Of a DNA stretch of 64,000 nt, positions 28,431 through 40,449 are shown piece after piece. Numbering within the stretch: position 1 is the first letter of the stretch; every line of letters starts with the position of its first letter. The stretch spans positions 44,950,001 to 45,014,000 of the forward strand of contig OX597819.1 of NCBI GenBank assembly GCA_951406725.2, in the 5' to 3' direction. The notes beneath the pieces were generated by a model, which saw only the letters and a program-made list of their open reading frames with translations, was not told the origin of the DNA and made no database searches. The DNA comes from Octopus vulgaris (lineage: Eukaryota). Position numbers and translations under genes: made by a program.

Positions 28431-28615
28431 CGAAGGGGTTCCTGAAACGTTCATAGCTTTAAGAATATCAAGAAAGGCCTGGCTATAGGCCCAGGCTTCT
28501 GGCTTAGAAAACCTGTAGAACCACTGTAATAACTGCGTGAATCTCCGATGAAAACTTGCATCATAATTAACTGATGCTCCTGTACTCAAAGCCAGGAAAT
28601 TTTCATCATCCGTTA
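28431..28615. mobile_element. Mariner-type MITE
   Basis: TA-flanked imperfect TIRs cgaaggggttcctgaaacgttcatagcttt ... aaagccaggaaattttcatcatccg. Confidence 0.5.
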
Positions 28616-28633
28616 ATGTGTGCATACATGTGT

Positions 28634-28676
<43 letters not shown>

Positions 28677-28689
28677 GGAGAGAAAGAGA

Positions 28690-28950
28690 GAGTTTGTTCT
28701 GCAAGCACTTCGACTGGATCACACGGTTCGCCTGGGTCTCATGAGATGATTGGCAATACTCCTCATTGACTTGTCGGGATTCTCGCTAATATTGTTCTAC
28801 AGTTGCTTGACAGACACGACTCTTCTGACAATTTCTAATCTTCAGGAAAAATTATATTGCTTTTTGACACAGAAGACATTACCGCTAGCAGTCAGGACCA
28901 CATTTCTGATCTTCAACATAAAGGACCAACCAGGTTATACTTAATAAGGT
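28690..28950 (-). mobile_element. maT/mariner N-terminal fragment
   Basis: NNISENPDKSMRSIANHL parallels IDNDPSMSIRFIARAM of the element at 375-1640. Confidence 0.5.
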
Positions 28951-30252
28951 TACAGTCTCAGAATCCCTGTAGACATATAGATATGTATGCAGGTATATAA
29001 ATATTTAAGAAGGGATAGTATTATTAAAATAACATCACGAGTGGCAAGCGAGTTATCAGCAGTGCAGGCAAATTAATAAAGTATATACATACAATATAAT
29101 ATAAGTACTTATATATATATATATATATAAATACACACTCACGAAGGCACTACATGAGCATCTACATCGCTAAAAATAGAAGTCAAAAATACTTCTGTGC
29201 CTCAGAATAGTCATGTGTGTGTGTGTGTTTATGTGTGTACAACTCTGCATAGTGAATAAAATTAATTTTCTTTAACCAAATATTTTCGTTTCAGTTTTCA
29301 ATCTCTCACTCTCCCTTTTCTCTTGCTAACTTTCTTTCTCTCTTTTTCTATCTGTCTGACTCTCTACCTGTCTGTCACTGCCTGTTTGTCTCTCTCTCTC
29401 TATTTCTCTCTCTCTCTCTCTTTTTATCTCTCTATCTCTTATTCTGCGCTCTTTTAATTTATTAGTAGACTATACACCAGTCCAACACAACTTCCGTTAC
29501 ATAGCTTCCTTTCTCTCATTAATTCATCTCAACATCATAACGGAAACAGAAGTACAGGATTTTGAAGTGGTCATTTATATTTTGCGTATATTTTTGTATT
29601 CTTTTTGACAGTCATTTATTTATTTATTTGAATCTGGTTGTCATAGTAAACAATACGTTGCTAAGAAACAGTTTTTCTTTTTTTTCTTTTCTGAATCTAT
29701 GTTAGCGATGTGATAGTTATAATTACTCTTTATAATGACCTATTAAAATCCAATAACCAAAAATGTCATTTATTGCTTGTTTTTAATTTTATTGTTTTAT
29801 TTGTTCTCCTTGTAAGATTATCACCGTTATTATTGGAGTTATTGCTGTAGTAGTTAGAATCATCATCCATCGAGTTGTAATTAAAAACAACAACAAAATC
29901 TATAGCAAAATACAACAAAAACAACCAAATTCTTATTAGTGTAGCATTTCAAAGTTGCTGCTGTTGTTCTTGCTGCAGTGCTTGTTACTGCTGTTGCAGA
30001 TGTTGTTGATTGCTTTTCGAGTTCTCGTTTACAATCTATTTACGTTTATTGTGTTTCCTGCATTTTTTTACGTGTTGTTGTTCATATCTTTCTCATTATT
30101 GTTGTTATTCACGTTGCATTTTATTTTGATGATCTTAATGATGCTGGTGCTGTTGATGCTATTACGTCGCTGTTTGTTTCTCGTTTCTTTTCCACCATCC
30201 TTATGCATACATACATGCATACAAACACACACACACATATACATGCGTATAT

Positions 30253-30360
<108 letters not shown>

Positions 30361-30693
30361 GTATATATACATATATATATCAATATCTGCATATATATAT
30401 GTGTGTATATATATATGTATATATATATATATTTAAATAATGAGGGAGATAAATTAATATTAATTTTAATATCAATTTAAAAACAGTAGTCTAGCATACA
30501 AAAAATCTGAGAAGTCAGAGAAAATTCTAACATATGCGTATATTGGCAGGGCTGGACTGCTAGGTAGTCGGCCGTATGCTAGAAACAGATCATCAACGAT
30601 CAAACTACAAAGGAAATTCTCTAAAACTAAGCACGTGTCTGTCTCGGCACAGAAAGCTGGGGTTAGTTTTTCAGTTTGCATTTGCACTGACCG

Positions 30694-30770
30694 AATGCAC
30701 TGATGAAGCCACGGACATTTGAATTATGTAAGTAATTCTTTTGTTAAAGGCCGAAACCGAGGTATGAATT
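30694..30770 (+). ncRNA. Type I hammerhead, copy 1 (one stem I mismatch)
   Basis: AATGCA-CTGATGA-AGCC..GGCC-GAAA-CC-GA-GG-TA-TGAATT; predicted cleavage after 30764. Confidence 0.75.
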
Positions 30771-31240
30771 TAATTCTGTTTTTTATATAAACTTTCATCT
30801 GTCCTGCCCGCCAAATTTGGTTCTGGTGCTCGCTGAATTTTTCCTCTAGAGAATTTCCTTTGTAGTTTGATCGTTGATGATCTGTTTCTAGTATACAGCC
30901 GACTACCTAGCAGTCCAGCCCTGCCAATATACACATATATTAGAATTTTCTCTGACTTCTCAGATTTTTTGTATGCTAGACTACTGGTTTTAAATTGATA
31001 TTAAAATTAATATTAATTTATCTCCCTCATTATTTAAATATTGAAATAAATACGTTCTCTAGTAGTAAGCACTAACCGCAGTGAATTATTTACTGCAGCC
31101 CTTCGCTTCAGGAATTTCTTAGCGCGCCAGAACCAAGACATTTGAAATTTTATCCCTGATGTAATCGGTAAAACTAAGCACATGTCTGTCTTGGCACAGA
31201 AAGCTGGAGTTAGTTTTGTGGTTTGCATTTGCACTGACTG

Positions 31241-31317
31241 AATGCACTGATGAAGCCACGGACATTTGAATTATGTAAGTAATTCTTTTGTTAAAGGCCG
31301 AAACCGAGGTATGCATT
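31241..31317 (+). ncRNA. Type I hammerhead, copy 2 (perfect stem I)
   Basis: AATGCA/TGCATT stem I; CTGATGA; extended stem II capped by GAATTAT-GTAA-GTAATTC; GAAA; stem III A-CC-GA-GG-T; GUA cleavage after 31311. Confidence 0.82.
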
Positions 31318-31375
31318 TAATTCTGTTTTTTATATAAACTTTCATCTGTCCTGCCCGCCAAATTTGGTTCTGGTG

Positions 31376-31564
<189 letters not shown>

Positions 31565-31679
31565 CTACTTGAATGGACCATAAACAAACCTTGACTTAAA
31601 CAGGATTTAGATAATCTTATCAGGTGGTGCTAATAAGTTAGACATGGCCTGGACCAATCTTTGGTCGAAACATATCTAT

Positions 31680-31716
<37 letters not shown>

Positions 31717-31718
<2 letters not shown>

Positions 31719-32753
31719 GAATTTACAAAAACACAAAAGACGATGACGGGTGTGTAAACAACAAACAGATGTATTACTTTAACGCTCGAGAAGTGAGAAA
31801 GTCTTTTACGTTTCGAGACTACCCTTTTCGACAGAAAGGAACACAGAAATAAATGGGGAGAGAAAATAGAAAAAGGTTTCATGGCTAGCCATCTATCATG
31901 GCAAATGCCGGACAAAGAGGTCTCACAGGAGAGCTAGGAAGAAGGGGAGATAATATAGTAGTTGTGATCCCAAGCCGAAGGTGCGCGTGCGTGTGTATAT
32001 GAGAGCGTGTATGTGCGTGTGGAAGGGGGCTGGTGACATTGACGTGTGCGTATTTGCATGTGAAGTTGTGTGGATAATGGTGTAGGTGTTGGGAAGCGGT
32101 CAGTGCTAGTGTGTGCAGAGTGGTGTGAGGAAGCAAGGATGGTGTCTAAGGGATGGGGTGGTGATGTGATTGGATGTATAGGGATGCTGGGGCTAGAATA
32201 TGTAGGGATGGGGTAACGAGGGATGGGTCACGATGAAGGGAGATAGTGGAAGGGAGGTGGTGGGTAGGAGTGATGAGAGGAAGTAGGTGCCAGAAGAAGA
32301 GAGGAGAGGTGTGTGGGAGGAAGTAGGTGTGAGAGGAAGAGAGGGGAAAGAAAGAGGTTTAGATAAAGGGGGAAGAGATTTGAGTCCATATGGCGCACAG
32401 GAGGGAAGAGAGAAGATTTGTCCCTACTCGCGGCGAAGACGGGAGCCCGGATGGCCCCTGTGCAAGGACAATCTGAACACAGACAGGTGTTGTAAAGAGT
32501 GACCGGTAGAGCGGAAATGGCGCGAGACTGGGTGGTCGCTACCGAATCGGCTGTCTCGGAGGTATTCTACGAACAGGTCAGCCAAGCGGCGTCCCGTTTG
32601 ATTGATGTATGGAGAAGGACAAAGAGAGCAGGAGATACAGTGGATGGCGTTGCTAGAAGTGCAGGTGAAGAAGTCAGTGATGTGATGGGGTCGCTAATGG
32701 GTGCCAGTGTGGAGAGTGGTGTTGGAGAGGTAATGGCAAGTGAGACAGCGTGG
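31717..32753 (-). mobile_element. 5'-truncated Neptune-type Penelope-like element (GIY-YIG remnant, 3' region and pLTR)
   Basis: 32379-32753 translates PRCLTC..FTCTSSNAIHCISCSLCPSPYINQTGRRLADLFVEYLRD..PVSRHF..GHSL..RLRRE*..PYGL; the downstream pLTR has a hammerhead-like motif at 31803-31838. Confidence 0.88.
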
Positions 32754-32864
32754 TTCTCATTCCTAAGGTATTTTTCTATGTTGTTATTATTATTATTATT
32801 ATTATCATTATCATTAATAATAATAATAATAATAATAATGATAATAATAATATCATCATTATTA

Positions 32865-32947
32865 TTCAGGTCACTGCCTGGAATCGAACTCGGAATCTTG
32901 GTGTTAGTAGCCCGCGCTCTTAACCACTACGCCATATACCCGTGGGC
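32865..32947 (-). mobile_element. Short tRNA-derived SINE (family D) with AAT tail
   Basis: Minus strand TGGCGTAGTGGTTAAGAGCG..GAGTTCGATTCC (A and B boxes) without a proper acceptor stem, then gtgacctgaataataat. Confidence 0.75.
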
Positions 32948-33545
32948 CTTTAGAATGCATCGTATAAATCAATCGTGCTATGTAGCTCTGCGCGTATTTG
33001 AACATTTTGAACATTTGAAATCCACGATTGAGTATATGTCGACCATTCAAATGAGTGTATGAGATGAGTGCAAAGAGATGGGAGGGTAATGAGTAACTCT
33101 TTACATGATCATCTCTTTCTCTCTCTCTCTCTCTCTCTCTATCACCCTCACTTCTGTATTCCTTCTCTCAATTTATCCCGACTGACCACTAACCAGTACA
33201 CTTTCCCTCTCTTCGTTTCTTTATTATCTCTCTCCACGCTTTTCTTTTTTGTTCTTTTCTCCTCTCTTCCTGTTTTTGATTTGACCTTGCAAACACATTC
33301 CCAGCTTTTAAGTCACTTCAAAAAAAAAAACCTCGATTCAATAACATCGTTTAAATGACCAATTTTAAATACTATGGGAACTTACACACAAGGTACATGA
33401 ATCTTATAGGTATATCCTTCTGCCTAAATAATTGAACTGCAGATACAATATCTCTGCATATCTCTCGTCTATTTTCATTCCTCCACTTCACTCTCTATTT
33501 CATATCTTATCTAGAATAACTATTGCTTAACCATTTTCTCACACC

Positions 33546-33592
33546 GTCTCCGATGAAGGGATATATGAAATACCTGGAAACAGCTGTAAGAC
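33546..33592 (+). ncRNA. Minimal type I hammerhead motif (C4 variant)
   Basis: GTCT-CCGATGA-AGGGATAT..ATACCTG-GAAA-C-AGCT-G-TA-AGAC; palindromic stem III ACAGCTGT; imperfect stem II. Confidence 0.65.
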
Positions 33593-34429
33593 CTTCTCTT
33601 TATAAATATTCTAAAATATTTCACAGCCTTGGATTTTATCTCAATCTGATTTTTTTATATATATATATACGCATGCTGATATATGACCTAAGTTGGACTC
33701 CTCATTTACATAATTACCGAACGTGGAGCTTAACTATAGTCTGTCCCTAGCACTTACTCAGTAACTACCTGACACCTATGGGTCTTCTTGACACCTTACC
33801 CCTCATAACTTCAATATATATATATATATTGTATGCATTCCCATATGTTTGTATGTCTGTGTTTGTCTCCCAACATCACTTGACAACCGATGTTGGTGTG
33901 TTTACGTCCCCGTAACTTTTCGGCTCGGCAAAAGAGACCGATAAAAGAAGTACTAGGCTTACAAAGTCGGTTTCTTCGACGAAGGGCGGTGCTCCAGCAT
34001 GACTGCAGTCAGATAACTGAAACAAATAAAAGAAAAGAATAAAAGAGTAATCTGAAATTCCTTTAAATTACAGCAGTATTTAGATTGTAAAGTGATGTGA
34101 CATCGTTTTGTTTCGTTGTTACTTGCAAGAAGCCTTCATAAAATCGCTTGCCCCTTTATAACACATTCTTATATTTATTAGTGGACACAGAAAAATTTAT
34201 TAAAACCATTTACAATTCAGAGTAGAAAATTTGAAGTGCTTAAGTTTGCAAGATATTTATGTAGGAATTTCCACATACTGCATGCTTAATATAATTTATT
34301 CCTCTCAGAATGTATTCGTCAAACCTTGCAACAGGGTTACATATTAAAAATAACATTCTGATTCCTATGAATTCTAAAACATCACAAGCAAAAGCTAGTT
34401 TACTTGATGTAATGTGTTTACACTGATGA

Positions 34430-35981
34430 TATAATAGTAATAAAGGAACTTGAGCAGGAACAAACCTATAAATATCTAGGAAGAAATGAAGGCTCTCGTA
34501 TCCAGCATGTAAGCATGAAAGAGAAGGTTAGGAAAGAATGTTATAGAAGAGTTCGAGCAGTCCTGAAGTCTGAGCTGAATGCATATAATAAGGTTTTAGC
34601 CATAAATTCCTTAGCAGTACCAGTTGTTCTTTATAGCTTCAATGTGCTTAACTGGAATACTAGTGAAATAATGAAAATTGACAGGAAAATCCGCAAGCTA
34701 CTGACTTGTAATAAGATGCACCATTCAAAGGCAGACGTGGATCGCCTTTACCTTCCCAGAGCTCAGGGAGGTCGAGGTGTGATCCAGCTTGAACTTACAT
34801 ACAAAACCACCACAATCGGACTGGCCAAATACCTTGAAGCAACCAACGATTGGATGCTAAAACTTGTTGAAAAACATGAAAGACCTAAAAAAACTTCACT
34901 CTATTCTCAAAGAGAGCAAAAAATTCGCTGCTGATCTCTTAGATACCCGCCAGATTGAGCAGGCTGAAGGAAATGCGCCAACTGCAGCTGCAAAGAAAAG
35001 AAAATTAATTGCAAAGACAAAATCACATGAAATTTTAGCTAGCAGATGGGAACAAAAACCTCTCCATGGCAAGTATGTGGCCCGTAGCAATCAAGCTGAT
35101 GTCGACCACAAACACACGCACCAATGGTTACGAAGTTCAGGGCTAAAAGCAGAGAGTGAAGGTTTCATATTAGCTGCTCAAGACCAAAGCTTATTTACCC
35201 AGAACTACCAAGCCAATGTGATGAAAAATGGAGCTGACCCAAAATGCCGATTCTGTAACGATGAGATTGAAACAATAGACCACCTAATCTCAGGGTGTAG
35301 AGTCTTAGCACCTGCAGAATATAAAGCAAGATATGACAGAGTCGGCCAGTATTTACACTGGACAATATGTCGGCATTATAAAATCAAAACCGCTGACAAA
35401 TGGTATAAACATCATCCTGAAGCTGTGACTGAGGGAGCAAATATGTCGATTCTATGGGACTTCCCCGTGCAGACCGCCAGGACTATAAAAGCCAATAAAC
35501 CGGATATCATTATAAAAGATCAGACAAAAAGGATGTGTTTATTAATTGACATGAGTATTCTCTGTGATCACAATATAGCGGCGAAAGAATTTGACAAGAT
35601 AAGTAAATATAAAGACCTGCTAATGGAAATTGAAAAAATGTGGCATCTCAAGGCGACTACAGTACCAGTGATTGTAGGTTCTCTAGGAATGATAAAAAAA
35701 TGGCACTGAAACCTATTTGAAAATGATTCCAGGCTTACCATCCCTACAGGAAGTGCAAAAAATCGTATTAACTGGAACGGCTCGTGTACTGAGAAGAACA
35801 CTATCGCTGTGAAAATAACATCCATCCATGAATTTATTTATTTATTAATTTTTAAATATATTTTTTATCTGTGAATTTGTGCGTGTAATCTGGGAATGCA
35901 TACAATGCCCTTCTCTGCCCTAGGTGTACAGAAAACACTCAGCGAGAAAGAGAAGAAAATTTGAAGAAAGAAGGAAAAAAC

Positions 35982-35982
<1 letters not shown>
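34430..35982 (+). mobile_element. 5'-truncated R4/Dong-like LINE with REL endonuclease and 3' UTR ending in (AAT)n
   Basis: ORFs 34515-34934 and 34864-35709 (frameshifted): DRLYLPRAQGGRG, AAQDQSL, CRFC..ETIDHLISGC, KPDIII..LIDMS, KYKDL, VPVIVGSLG. Confidence 0.93.
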
Positions 35983-36025
<43 letters not shown>

Positions 36026-36043
36026 ATTAATAGTATTAATAAC

Positions 36044-36160
<117 letters not shown>

Positions 36161-36164
36161 AATG

Positions 36165-36297
<133 letters not shown>

Positions 36298-36851
36298 GCC
36301 CTGATGCTGTACCAGGCAGTGGCTCTCATGGCTTCTTATCTTAACTGATTGGAAGTGTTATCATGTACATTGTTTTGTCTTGGTATAAAAGATGGGCTAC
36401 AGCAAATATTCTGCTCAATAACACAGATTTGCTTGTCAGTTGTTTGACTTTAACCAGTTGAGCATGTCCCTTAGTGGCTGACGATATGTGCATCTCTGAT
36501 CACGAGCAGAAGAAGTGGGGGAGCATCATAGCCGTGTGTTGAGAGGGATTCTTTGGGGTTTGAATAATTCACCTTTAGAAACATGGGTGGTTCTTTCAAC
36601 ATCCTTAAACAAGCCTTAATCAGGGACCGTTTGAGCGGGATGGGCTACTCGACCATACGAAAATTCTAACTGGGCCCCACCTGCAAGGTCATGTGCTGTT
36701 TATCTTGATATGAGATCACCATGTCGCGCACACATGGTTGTGATGCATGTGCCTGGTGTACCCTTATCAGACGGGTAGTCATGATGGGTATATTGGGCTT
36801 TGTATATTTTACCCCAGTGTCACTTTGATGGCATGCGTGGCTCTCTCACAC
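36298..36851. mobile_element. About 555-bp non-coding repeat embedded in (AAT)n arrays
   Basis: Colinear with 61031-61585 and, inverted, with 60270-60612. Confidence 0.88.
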
Positions 36852-36920
36852 AATAACAATAATAATAATAATAATAATATTAATAGTATTAATAATAATA
36901 ATGATAATAATAATAATAAT

Positions 36921-37531
36921 GCCCTGGCTAAGAAGGAATATATTCACAGACACGACAGAGTTGGGACATATATACACTGGAAACTATGCCAACATTATGG
37001 AATAACAGCAGAAAAAAGATGGTATAGGCACACACCAGAAAAGGTCACAGAAAACGAGAAAGCAACCATACTCTGGGATATGCCAATACACACAAATAAA
37101 GAAATTAAGGCCAACAGGCCAGATATAGTTGTCAGAGATCATGAAGAAAAAAAATGTTTTCTAATTGATGTATCAATACCAGCGGATGACAACGTGTCTC
37201 TAAAAGAAATGGAGAAACTTTCAAAATACAAAGACTTGGAAATAGAGGTAACCAGAATGTGGAATCTAAAAGCAGAAACAATTCCTATCATAATAGGGGC
37301 ATTAGGCATGATAAAAAAAATATTGAGACAAATACATAGCAAAAACACCAGGACTTACAAACACATATAACATACAGAAAATTGCACTACTAGACACTGC
37401 ACACATCCTACGCAGAACACTTTCCATACAATAACCATCAGAGCATCACAACAAATCACAGCACATACCCAAGGCACACAGTGCTGCGCTCGGTAGTGAA
37501 GTGAAAGCACATATAAAAATATACTGCTGAC
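36921..37531 (+). mobile_element. R4/Dong-like LINE 3' fragment (REL domain) flanked by (AAT)n
   Basis: LAKKEYIHRHDRVG..ILWD..ANRPDIVV..LIDVSIPAD..KYKDL..IPIIIGALG; AAT arrays on both sides. Confidence 0.92.
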
Positions 37532-37576
<45 letters not shown>

Positions 37577-37907
37577 TAATAATAATAATAATAAGTTCTC
37601 TATGTGGCACAAGAGCAGAAGTTTCAAACGGAGGTCTTAGGAGATTACCTCGACCCCAGTGTTCAGTGGTGTTTATTGTTGCTTAGGGTTGGATTTTTTA
37701 GTTTGAGTTTCGTTGTTTCTTTTTCTTCATTGTTTTTTTTTTACCAACTGTAGTAGCCATATCTCTACTTGTGTGATTGTTCACATCTTCATTTGTTTGA
37801 TTACATGTTTACATATACACTTCTTGGTTTGTCGATTTCTGTTTATCTACTTCTCCTCCTCAGCATCCACGCTCTCCTCTTCCCCGTCTTTAATATTATT
37901 ATTATTA

Positions 37908-37981
<74 letters not shown>

Positions 37982-38409
37982 AATAATAATAATAATATTG
38001 ACACCATTGCTGCGACATCATCAATTTACACGCGTGTCAGCATCTGTGAGTGTAGGTGTAAATATGTGTATACTTGTGTGTGTTTATGCGTGCGCGCGTG
38101 TGTGTGTATATGTGTGCATATATGTATTCATATGAACGTATGCATCGGTATAATGTCTTTTTTCAGAAACTGGCTAATTAGACGTTTACCCCCAAGACAC
38201 TGGAATTCTTTCAACAAAAGACCACATGACAACCACAACGTTCACCAATGACAAATGATTACAACAGCAACAGCAACAACAGCGTAGACGACAACAAGCA
38301 ATAACTAAACAGTATATAAATGCAAATAATAATAATAATAATATTAATAATAATAATAATGAAAACAACAGTGATGATAATAAGAACAAAAGCAAGCAAA
38401 AGGAACAAA

Positions 38410-38690
<281 letters not shown>

Positions 38691-39460
38691 TAATAGTAAA
38701 AATAGTGAAAAGGATAAAGATAATAGAAGAATAATAATGATAATAATAATAGTGATGCTGCCGCTGATGATGATAATGATGATGACGATGATGGTGACTT
38801 TGAAAATAATAACAGTAGTTGTAGTAGTAGTAGTATCAGCTGTTGGTGATATTATTGTTGTAGTATTAGTAGTCGTAGTAGTAGTAGGTGAAGAATAAGA
38901 AGAGTAAGAATAAGAATAAGAAATAGTAGTAATAGCTGATGTAATAATAATAATGATAATAATAATAACACCAATATCATTATAGTAAAAAGTAAAAGCG
39001 ATAATAAACATAAAGTCAATACAGATATGCAATTATCGAATAAAGAGAGGATGCACCATCTGCAGGCAGATATACAAGACTCGACAAAATGTAGGCAGAA
39101 CCTTTGTTGTTAACATTTGTTTGTCTGTTTCTCCTCGCGACTAAAGTCATCCTACAAATCTACAAATGGTCTAAGCAACTGTTTTCAAACGAAAATGAAA
39201 CACACTGATAAAAATCACAGTATAATAGTACAACAATAGCATTACTAGTGTCTTCTCTGCTTGAGAAATGACTTTTGTTTTACACACACACACACACACA
39301 TACACACATACACACACACATATTCATATATACGTGTGTGCGTTTGTGTGTATGAGTATGTATATATGTGTGTGTGTGTGTAAGATATTTACATATATAT
39401 ATATATATTCTTTTATTCGTTTACTTATTTCAGTCATTTGACTGCGGCCATGCTGGAACA

Positions 39461-39525
<65 letters not shown>

Positions 39526-39528
<3 letters not shown>

Positions 39529-39660
39529 AGAATTCACATAAAAAAGACGAAGACAGGTGGTGCAGACAACAAACAGATGTATTACGTTAACGCCCTAAAA
39601 GTGAAAATGTTTGTAACGTTACGAGCCTAGGCTCTTCCACAGAAAGGAGACGAAATAACG
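39526..39660 (-). mobile_element. Solo PLE pLTR fragment (same family as 31717)
   Basis: Homologous to 31717-31860, 48183-48365 and 54850-55030. Confidence 0.75.
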
Positions 39661-39746
39661 AATGTGTAGTGGATAATGATAGACATAGATATAAATATAG
39701 AGAGATAGATACATACATGCATGCATACATATATATACATATATAT

Positions 39747-40150
39747 ATATGAATAAATAAATGGAGTTTAACGCAGGTGTAAATCAATTATTTTTACTTT
39801 CGACACATGTTTCGAAAATTCCACTGATACTATTCAAAAGAATATATAATTTAAACTTTAATTTCCTTTATATTTAACATTCACTATTGGTATCCCTTCT
39901 CTTTCTGTTAGCTACTTATGATGTTATATCATATAACGTTTTTTTAAACAATATTAATAGCGTTCTGTCAATCGCTATGCAAATCCATCATTTTTGGCTA
40001 AAATGTCTTATTGACGAGTTTCGTTTTTTTCACTTTCCCGAAGAGAAGATTGCATTGTTTATACCATTTATTCTTTTGAATAGTATCAGTGTCGAAAGTA
40101 AAAATATATTATTTACACCTGCGTTAAACTCCATTTATTTATTCATATAT
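39747..40150. repeat. Inverted repeat whose two arms each retain part of a hammerhead
   Basis: 39747-39843 versus 40069-40150; CCGAAGA core at 40038; GAAACATGTGTC on the minus strand near 39802-39813. Confidence 0.7.
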
Positions 40151-40296
40151 TATTCAAAATATTCCACGTAAACACGAAGTTTCTACCTTTATAGACAAGG
40201 AGTTACAACATATTTACTTGTGAGATTTTTGCTACCCTGGAACCTATTTATTTATTTAAATTCGTGTTAATTGTTAACAAGGTAAAAATACACTCA

Positions 40297-40330
<34 letters not shown>

Positions 40331-40449
40331 AATATATATATATATATATATATATACATGTGTATACATTAATAGTAACAGTAAGGCAACAAAAGAATGA
40401 AAGAGGCCTCATTATTATGTAAATAGAGGAATTTATCTGTAATATAATA

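Larger units (their letters stand above)
30429..31375 (+). mobile_element. Non-coding PLE-type/retrozyme-like element with two tandem hammerheads
   Basis: 207-bp direct repeats 30622-30828 and 31169-31375; 195-bp inverted repeat 30429-30623/30847-31041; (TA)n arrays on both sides. Confidence 0.8.

Noticed and set aside
32865-32947. tRNA-like sequences here and at 18833, 22942 and 55270
   Set aside because: They have A/B boxes but no proper acceptor stem and continue into shared SINE bodies or tails, so they are SINE heads and not tRNA genes.
32499-33062. 187-aa plus-strand ORF
   Set aside because: It is the antisense shadow of the minus-strand Neptune GIY-YIG remnant, running into microsatellite and SINE sequence.
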